DNA from: the human T2T-CHM13v2.0 reference genome, Homo sapiens
Strand: one strand, 5' to 3'
NCBI RefSeq assembly: GCF_009914755.1
Contig: NC_060942.1
DNA: 64,000 nucleotides
Shown: positions 55,990 through 64,000 of the stretch, one piece after another
How positions within the stretch are numbered: the first letter of the stretch is position 1
Layout: the number at the start of each line of letters is the position of its first letter
Notes under the pieces: generated by a model
What the model saw: the letters and a program-made list of their open reading frames with translations, nothing else
What the model was told of the DNA's origin: nothing
Database searches by the model: none
Translations under genes and position numbers: made by a program

Positions 55990-56156
55990 ATTTTCAGAGA
56001 TGGGTTCTCACTGTGTTGCCCAGGCTAGAGTGCAGTGGCTACTCACAGGAGTGATTATGGTGCACTATAGCCTCAAACTCCTGGGTTCAAGCAATCCTCC
56101 CACCTTAGCCTCCCAGTAGCAGCTGGGATTACAGGCACACACCACTGCACCTGGCT
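55990..56156 (-). mobile_element. FAM (fossil Alu monomer)
   Basis: Keeps the 7SL-like gtgcagtggctactcacaggagtgat segment absent from dimeric Alu arms. Confidence 0.75.
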
Positions 56157-56267
56157 TAGACCAGGTATTTTTCAAGCTGTAGACTGAGATCCACTAGTAG
56201 GTCATGAAATTAATTTAGTGAGTCTTGACCAGCCATTTTTCATTAAATAGAATGGAAAAAAAAAAAA

Positions 56268-56641
56268 AAAGAGCTTCTGCACCACAAAAGAAACTATTAT
56301 CAGAGTGAACAGGCAACCTACAGAATGGGAGAAAATTTTTACAATCTACCCATCTGACAAAGGGCTAATATCCAGCCAGAATCTACAAAGAACTTAAACA
56401 AATTTACAAGAAAAAATCAAACAACCCCGTCAAAAAGTGGGCAAATGATATGAATAGACACTTCTCAAAAGAAGACATTTATGCAGCCAAAAGACACATG
56501 AAAAAATGCTCATCATCACTGGCCATCAGAGAAATGCAAATCAAAACCACAATGAGATACCATCTCACACCTGTTAGAATGGCGATCATTAAAAAGTCAG
56601 GAAACAACAGGTGCTGGAGAGGATGTGGAGAAATAGCAACG

Positions 56642-56675
<34 letters not shown>

Positions 56676-57604
56676 AGATGGAGTCTCACTCTGTCGCCCA
56701 GGCTGGAGCGCAGTGGTGCAGATCTTGGCTCACTGCAAGCTCCGGCTCCCAGGTTCAAGCCATTCTCCTGCCTCAGCCTTCTCAGTAGCTGGGACTACAG
56801 GCACCTGCAACCACATCTGGCTAATTTTTTTGTATTTTTAGTAGAGACAGGGTTTCACTGTGTTAGCCAGGACGGTCTCGATCTCCTGACCTCGTGATCT
56901 GCCCGCCTTGGCCTCCCAAAGTGCTGGAATTACAGGCGTGAGCCACCGTGCCTGGCCAGAAATGCTTTTACACTGTTCGTGGGACTATAAACTAGTTCAA
57001 CCATTGTGGAAGACAGTGTGGCGATTCCTCAAGGATCTAGAACTAGAAATACCATTTGACCCAGACATCTCATTACTGGGTATATACCCAAAGGATTATA
57101 AATCATGCTGGTATAAAGACACATGCACACGTACGTTTATTGCAGCACTATTCACAATAGCAAAGACTTGGAACCAACCCAAATGTCCATCAATGATAGA
57201 CTGGATTAAGAAAATGTGGCACATATACACCATGGAATACTATGCAGCCATAAAAAAGGATGAGTTCATGTCCTTTGTAGGGACATGGATGAAGCTGGAA
57301 ACCATCATTCTGGGCAAACTATCGCAAGGACAGAAAACCAAACACCACCATGTTCTCACTCATAGGTGGGAATTGAACAATGAGAACACTTGGACACAGG
57401 GTGGGGAACATCACACACCAGGGACTGTCATGGGGTGGGGGAAGGGGGAAGGGTAGCATTAGGAGAAATACCTAATGTAAATGACAAGTTAATGGGTGCA
57501 GCACACCAGCATGGCACATGTATACATATGCAACTAACCTGCACATTGTGCACTTGTACCCTAGAACTTAAAGTATAATAAAAAAAAACAACAAACAAAC
57601 AAAA
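56268..57604 (+). mobile_element. 5'-truncated L1PA (ORF2 C-terminus and 3' UTR) split by AluY
   Basis: Encodes [44 protein letters not shown] and IAKTWNQPKCPSMIDWIKKMWHIYTMEYYAAIK; ends gtaccctagaacttaaagtataataaaaa; TSD AGAATGGAAAAAAA. Confidence 0.96.
56643..56957 (-). mobile_element. AluY-type element inside L1PA
   Basis: gcaagctcc, gccattctc, gttagccagga, gatctcctgacctcgtga; long T run. Confidence 0.93.
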
Positions 57605-57802
57605 AGAATGGAAAAAAACTCTGTTTCAGGACTTTTTCTTTTCAGTTATAGGTAAGTATGTGTGTACAGGGTAGCAACGTAAATGCATTTCCTATTGTAG
57701 GTCATGGTCAAAAAACTTGAGAACTAAATTAGACCACATCACTATGAGTGAATAATTTCCTCTCCACCGGCTAGAAGTAGCTTGTCTGTACAGGAGGAAA
57801 TA

Positions 57803-58735
57803 CAGTCAGCCCTCCATGCCGGTGGGGTCCCCATTTGTGGATTCCACCAACCATAGACTGAAAGTATTTAAAAAAAAAAAAAAACTTGTTGGTTGTGTCT
57901 GTACTGAACACATGCAGGCGTTTTGTGCTCATCATTATCGCCTAAACAATAAAGTACAACAACTCTCTACAAAGCCTTTACATTATGCTAGGTATTATAA
58001 GTCATCCAAAGATAATTTAAAGTGCATGGAAGGTGTGCATAGGTTCCATGTAAATGCTATACTACTTTATATCAGGGACTTGAGCATCCTCAGATTCTCA
58101 GATTTTGATATTCACGGTGGGGGTTCTGTTACCAACAGAGCTGGTCCCCCACAAAAATGGGGTCTTTCCCTGTTTGGTGCAGTGAAACCAATACACAACA
58201 CCGAAAGTGAGTGTCAAGTGGTGCAGGCTTTATTCGATGGCCATGGAATTGAGAAGCGGGAGCTTGGCTCACAAATCAACTTCTCAATTAGTGAGGGGTG
58301 AGGGGGTTATCATATAGGGTTTCCTTAATGATGGCTGGACATTAAAAGCAAGAGGAGGAATATCCATGTCTTTTCTGGAACTGGGCGGTACACTTCTTGG
58401 AATGAGGGGCTCCCTTGTTTTTGTCCTTTTATGGCTCCTTCTGGTCATTGTCACGGGGACTGGCAACCGTCATGACACTGGTGGAAGTGTCATTTAGCAT
58501 GGAAATTAGATTATAATGAAGCCTGAGGTCTTTTTGAAGTCATCTGGTCGGATACCTGGGGTAGGCTTTGTAACTGGTCTCAGCTGGTCTGGTTACAAAG
58601 GGAACTTTTTATCGCCGGTGTCCTGTTTCTTAAAGATAAGCAGAGTTAGAGCAAAGGAGAAATTCAGCTATGTCACGTAGGCATTATACCAACAGTTCCT
58701 GGAACCAGTCCCCCACAGATAACAAGGCACGACTG
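57803..58735. mobile_element. MER2 split by an ERV1 LTR
   Basis: ta|cagtcagccctcc...atcagggacttgagcatcc...| cctggaaccagtcccccacagata...cgactg. Confidence 0.88.
58127..58694 (-). mobile_element. ERV1-class solo LTR (MER4-group; subfamily uncertain)
   Basis: TGTT...AACA termini; 4-bp TSD GTTC at 58123-58126 and 58695-58698; minus-strand AATAAA (tttatt ~58228). Confidence 0.85.
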
Positions 58736-58769
58736 CACATAGACTAATGGTCCCCAACCTTGGGTCCTA

Positions 58770-59120
<351 letters not shown>

Positions 59121-59357
59121 CTAGCATTTATGAAGCATATCCTGGATAAGAGATATGTGGGTTACATCTTCATTTTCTAGATAAATTAAAGTCACTCATA
59201 CTCATCTATCAAGTTGAAGAGCTAAATTTTAAATCCAGGTTCTTCAGACTCCAAAACAATGCCTTTTCTAAGAGACCACACTGCACCCCCCTACCCTTCA
59301 ATAATTCATGAACCTTATTACAAATAATATGCATGCCTACAATAAAGCTGCCCAGCC

Positions 59358-59385
<28 letters not shown>
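59358..59385 (+). repeat. Isolated A28 homopolymer
   Basis: 28 consecutive A not attached to a recognisable Alu/L1. Confidence 0.9.
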
Positions 59386-59388
<3 letters not shown>

Positions 59389-61373
59389 TTGACAATATTT
59401 TGTAGTGTTGGCTACTTAAATGTGAAAAATCAAGTCTGTAATAAGAATATGTGTGAAACATTCTATAAACCATACAGTAAAATAAAAATATAGGGTGGTA
59501 TTGAGGTCAGACAAGACCATTTTGGTGTCTTTTCCTCCAATCTTTCATATCCAGTAAGTCATCCCACTACCACAGCAGACCAACTAGGATTGGCCGAAAT
59601 CGTGCCTGCTTGCGCCTTCTTTCTAGAAATTTCCATGTCCCCAGCGTGCATGTTCTGTCGCCTTCTGCCCCTTTCTGTCTTGCTGCCGTACTCTCCATTG
59701 GTCTTGCCTCTGCTGCCTTGTTTCCTTTCTGTACAAGTGCAAGGCAGAGCTCTTTCCTTTCCCCTGAGCATCTGTCCCTGTGCAAATTTATCAGGTTTCT
59801 CTCGTCTAGCAGAGAAAGAAAAATGAAGTATCAGCATTATGGCCTATCTGTGCACTTTTTAAAATTAACTGCAAGCTTCATTTAATATCTTCATTCTTGT
59901 TTTTCCTTTCCTTTTCTCTTCCACTTTAATTTTATTCCTCCTCGCTGTACTCTTGGATCTCAGTAAGCCACCTTAAGTTCTTTTTGACATAAGAAAGAGA
60001 GATAAATACATTTTTTCAACTTATAAATTGAGGTAGTTTCGTGTCCCAGGGTTTCGAAGTTAATACTGTCTTTCTTCCTGCGTTTAACACGGACTTGATG
60101 GAACAGGTCTCTGGCATGGAAAAATCACAGAGTCACCCTGGCTATTAACAGTCATGGATCCATTAAGAGTCTATTTTATTTTGACTACTTTGTATCTTTT
60201 TTCTTCTGGACCCAGGAATAATTACAGATCCAAGAATTGAACAGATACTCCCAACCTGAGAGCTAACGCTCACCTAACTGATTCCAAAATCCCCTCATTT
60301 GGTGGGGAGGGAGGGAGGGGGGCTACCTTGTACTTCCAGAACTCCTGGGAACACATTGAGATTCCTCCATCACGGTATTTTTATGTCTACTCTTTCCCTA
60401 TTGGTGCTGAAGAGTTGCCTCCTGATCTCTGTCCTCAACTTTGAGCCAAAGGATATTTATTAAAGAAAGAAAGTCATAGCACGTTTAAAAAAGAAGAGTC
60501 CCCAGAAGTAAAATTTCTCTGCACTCGTTGTAAGCTCCACATGGCTTGCAGTGAAGAAAAGTGGACAACCCTGCCTCGCCTCCAGTAGATGCGCCCTCCA
60601 CAAACCACCCAAGGCTGCCCCCGTGTTCTGTCCACACTAACCTAAGCCAACCTCATAAGTGACAGATGTTTATTGAGTGCCTGCTAGGGGCCAAATGATT
60701 TTTAAATTTATATTTTTGAATCAGGGGACTCTTTTTAAAAAATGAAATATTACACTGAATTTCAATATACAAATGATAAAGGTGGAGCCCATTGAGGTGA
60801 AGTGAGGGAGATGGCAGGGGGAGGATAGCGGGAGAGAAAGCCCCTCCCTCAGCTCCTGGGAGCACAGATTGAAAACCACTGTGCTATGGGGACCGAAGGA
60901 GAGTTAGCTACCTGTGAGGAACTCCCCATCGAGTGTGACAAATGCATAAACACGCACATACAGCTGGGAAGGCAGGGCTGTGGTGGGAGTGGGTGTTGGA
61001 GCTTCCAGAGGGTGTCACAGGAGCAAGAAACATTGCATGTTGGGAGAAATGACACGTGCCAGATGGAGGGAATGAAGAAGGCCGTGATGGGGGAGCAAGA
61101 GATGCAATGGAGAAGTAGAGAATGGTCAGATTATAAAAGACCTTGTGTGCCATTCTAGGGAGTCTGGATTTTGTCCAGGCTTTTCCTAAAGGCTACAGCA
61201 GACAGAGGGATCAAAGCAGAGGCAGGACAGGACCAGGTTCACAGATTATAGGAGATGGCAGTCAGGGGGTGGGGCAGGGATACAAAAGCACCAATTATTG
61301 ATCCAGGGGAAAGACTGGATCAACAGTTGGCATATCAGTTCCTTTTTGTACACGCTGTGTCATTCTGTCCTAG

Positions 61374-61707
<334 letters not shown>

Positions 61708-62015
61708 TGTTCTGGTTTTTTTAAGACCCTCATTAAGCTTCCTGTCCTGTCTCTGTCTATTGCCTCTGTCTCTATAACATTTCCAGAAAATTCATGTCTT
61801 CTGCCTCTCTCCAACCTAGAAAACTGATGGAAACGGGACCACCGATGGAGTACTTCCACTGTAATCTTATGAGTCTATTCTTTCTCTCATTGGCTAAGAA
61901 GAATTGCCTACATGATTTCCACATTATTTCTGTCATAAAAGCAATGAAAATCATATTTATTTACTTATCTAGAGAACAGAGTCTGGCACATAGTAGCAGA
62001 AATTCAGTAAATACT

Positions 62016-62460
62016 TGTCTTAGTCCATTTGTGTTGCTATTTAAAAAAATACCTGAAGCTGGGTAATTCATAAAGAAAAGAGGTTTATTTGTCTCATGGT
62101 CCTGCAGGCTGTACAGAAAACATAGTGCCAGCATCTGCTTCTAGTGAGGCTTCAGGCTGCTTCCACACATGGTGGAAGGCAAAGGCAAGCTGGCATGTAC
62201 AGACGACATGGTGAGAGAAGAAGCGAGAGAAAGAGAGACAGACAGACAGAGAGGAGAAGGTGCCAGGCTCTTTTCAACAACCGATTATCTTGGGAATTAA
62301 GAGTGAGAGCTCGCTCACTCCCACCAGACAGGCACCAACCCATCCATGAGGGATCCTCCCCCACAATCCAAACACCTTCCACCAGGCCCCACCTCCACTG
62401 GGGATTAAATTTCAACATGAGATTTGGTGGGGCCAAACAAACCGTATCCAAACCATAGCA
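62016..62460 (-). mobile_element. MSTB-like solo LTR inserted in an L2 3' end
   Basis: tgtcttagtccatttgtgttgcta...tatccaaaccatagca; flanks ctggcacatagtag...taaatact | gaatgaatgaatga. Confidence 0.9.
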
Positions 62461-62770
62461 CATATGAAGTGAATAAAGGAATGAAGGAATGAATGAATGA
62501 GTGAAAACTAGGGAATCTTGACAATCTGACATAATGATTGCTAAGATGGCCTTTAAGTAGGGAGATGACACTATAGAGATGATATGAATGATCCAGGGTA
62601 AGTGACTGAGCTTTTAGCTGTTTTATCAAGAGAAAAGTTGATTTAGTGTAACTCACACTACTTGAATTCAGATCAGAAGACCTGCCTTTTCTGATCTTGG
62701 CTACGATCACACACTTGCCAGATTAACATTTCTGGGCCTCAGTTTCCTCATGTGTAAAATCATGAAAAAT

Positions 62771-63446
<676 letters not shown>

Positions 63447-64000
63447 TCAAGTTTCATGCGTCCAGGGAACACTAGGAAACAATTCTTTACTTTGTTCTTG
63501 GGTGATAGAGAGGAATGAGAAAAAGAAGGCATCTCTGTGACTGGACTATTTTATTCATTCATTCATTATCTATTCCCACTTGGAGATTCACCTTCCAGAA
63601 TTCTGGGGCAAACCTGAAGAGCTTTGTGTTCAGTTTCAACAAGTCAACTCTCCATTGAAATGTGAATGAACTTTGTGGAGAGACCTTTCTATGGCAGCCT
63701 ACTCTTATACTGGGCCCATGAGGCCAGTTCAAGGCCATGGACAGTTGTACATTGTTGAATACTGCACAAGGACATTACACCTAAGGGGACTTTTCACATT
63801 GTAGGCATGTCATGTGTATTTATTGTGACAGTTTCCTGGCATATGGAAGCAACATATCTTGTACTACCAAAAATCAGTATATGGTAGTAATTTCCCAACA
63901 AATACAAATACAATTTCCTAAGGAAGATATCCCGTTGTCCATTAGCATAAAAGTACTGCACCATACCAGCAGGTGCACCTCTGAGATCTGCTTGTCCCCA

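Larger units (their letters stand above)
56161..57727. mobile_element. Charlie4-like hAT fossil split by L1PA
   Basis: ggtcatgaaattaatttagtgagtcttgaccagc on the left; gtatgtgtgtacaggg...gtaggtcatggtcaaaaaacttgaga on the right. Confidence 0.6.

Noticed and set aside
55990-56156. Possible 7SL RNA gene or pseudogene
   Set aside because: Lacks the S domain; length and sequence fit a FAM monomer
56908-57456. 182-aa ORF and the neighbouring 112-aa ORF with real protein-like sequence
   Set aside because: L1 ORF2 C-terminal remnant fused to antisense Alu; truncated retroelement, not a gene
57816-58301. 161-aa ORF
   Set aside because: MER2 and LTR sequence with a poly-Lys run from an A tract
60582-60598. 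CTCF-like CCAGTAGATGCGCC
   Set aside because: One G of the core GGC is missing, shifting the register

Overview
Primate (very probably human or great ape) non-coding DNA, either intergenic or deep intronic. I can support no protein-coding exon, RNA gene or CRISPR-like array. By eye, roughly half or more of the window is interspersed repeat: about 40 Alu/FLAM/FAM copies, L1 remnants of several ages, many solo LTRs (HERV-H LTR7, MER4-group, MER21, LTR16, MaLR THE1/MST/MLT1, MLT2), DNA transposon fossils (MER2, MER5A, Charlie4-like), MIR/L2 fragments and a ~740-bp CA-rich tract. Many insertions keep target-site duplications (TSDs), so nesting order can be read directly. The long ORFs I examined are explained by repeats, low complexity or local GC richness. 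I did not find a previously undescribed biological system. The best leads are an HNF4/HNF1/FOX/AP-1 motif cluster at ~10 kb, an intact solo LTR7, several plus-strand splice-signal arrangements that could belong to a lncRNA, and small rearrangement signatures (trimeric Alu, scrambled Alu, quasi-palindrome creating twin AP-1 sites, closely spaced inverted Alu monomers). Subfamily names come from remembered consensus sequences and need RepeatMasker/Dfam confirmation; boundaries without a TSD are approximate.
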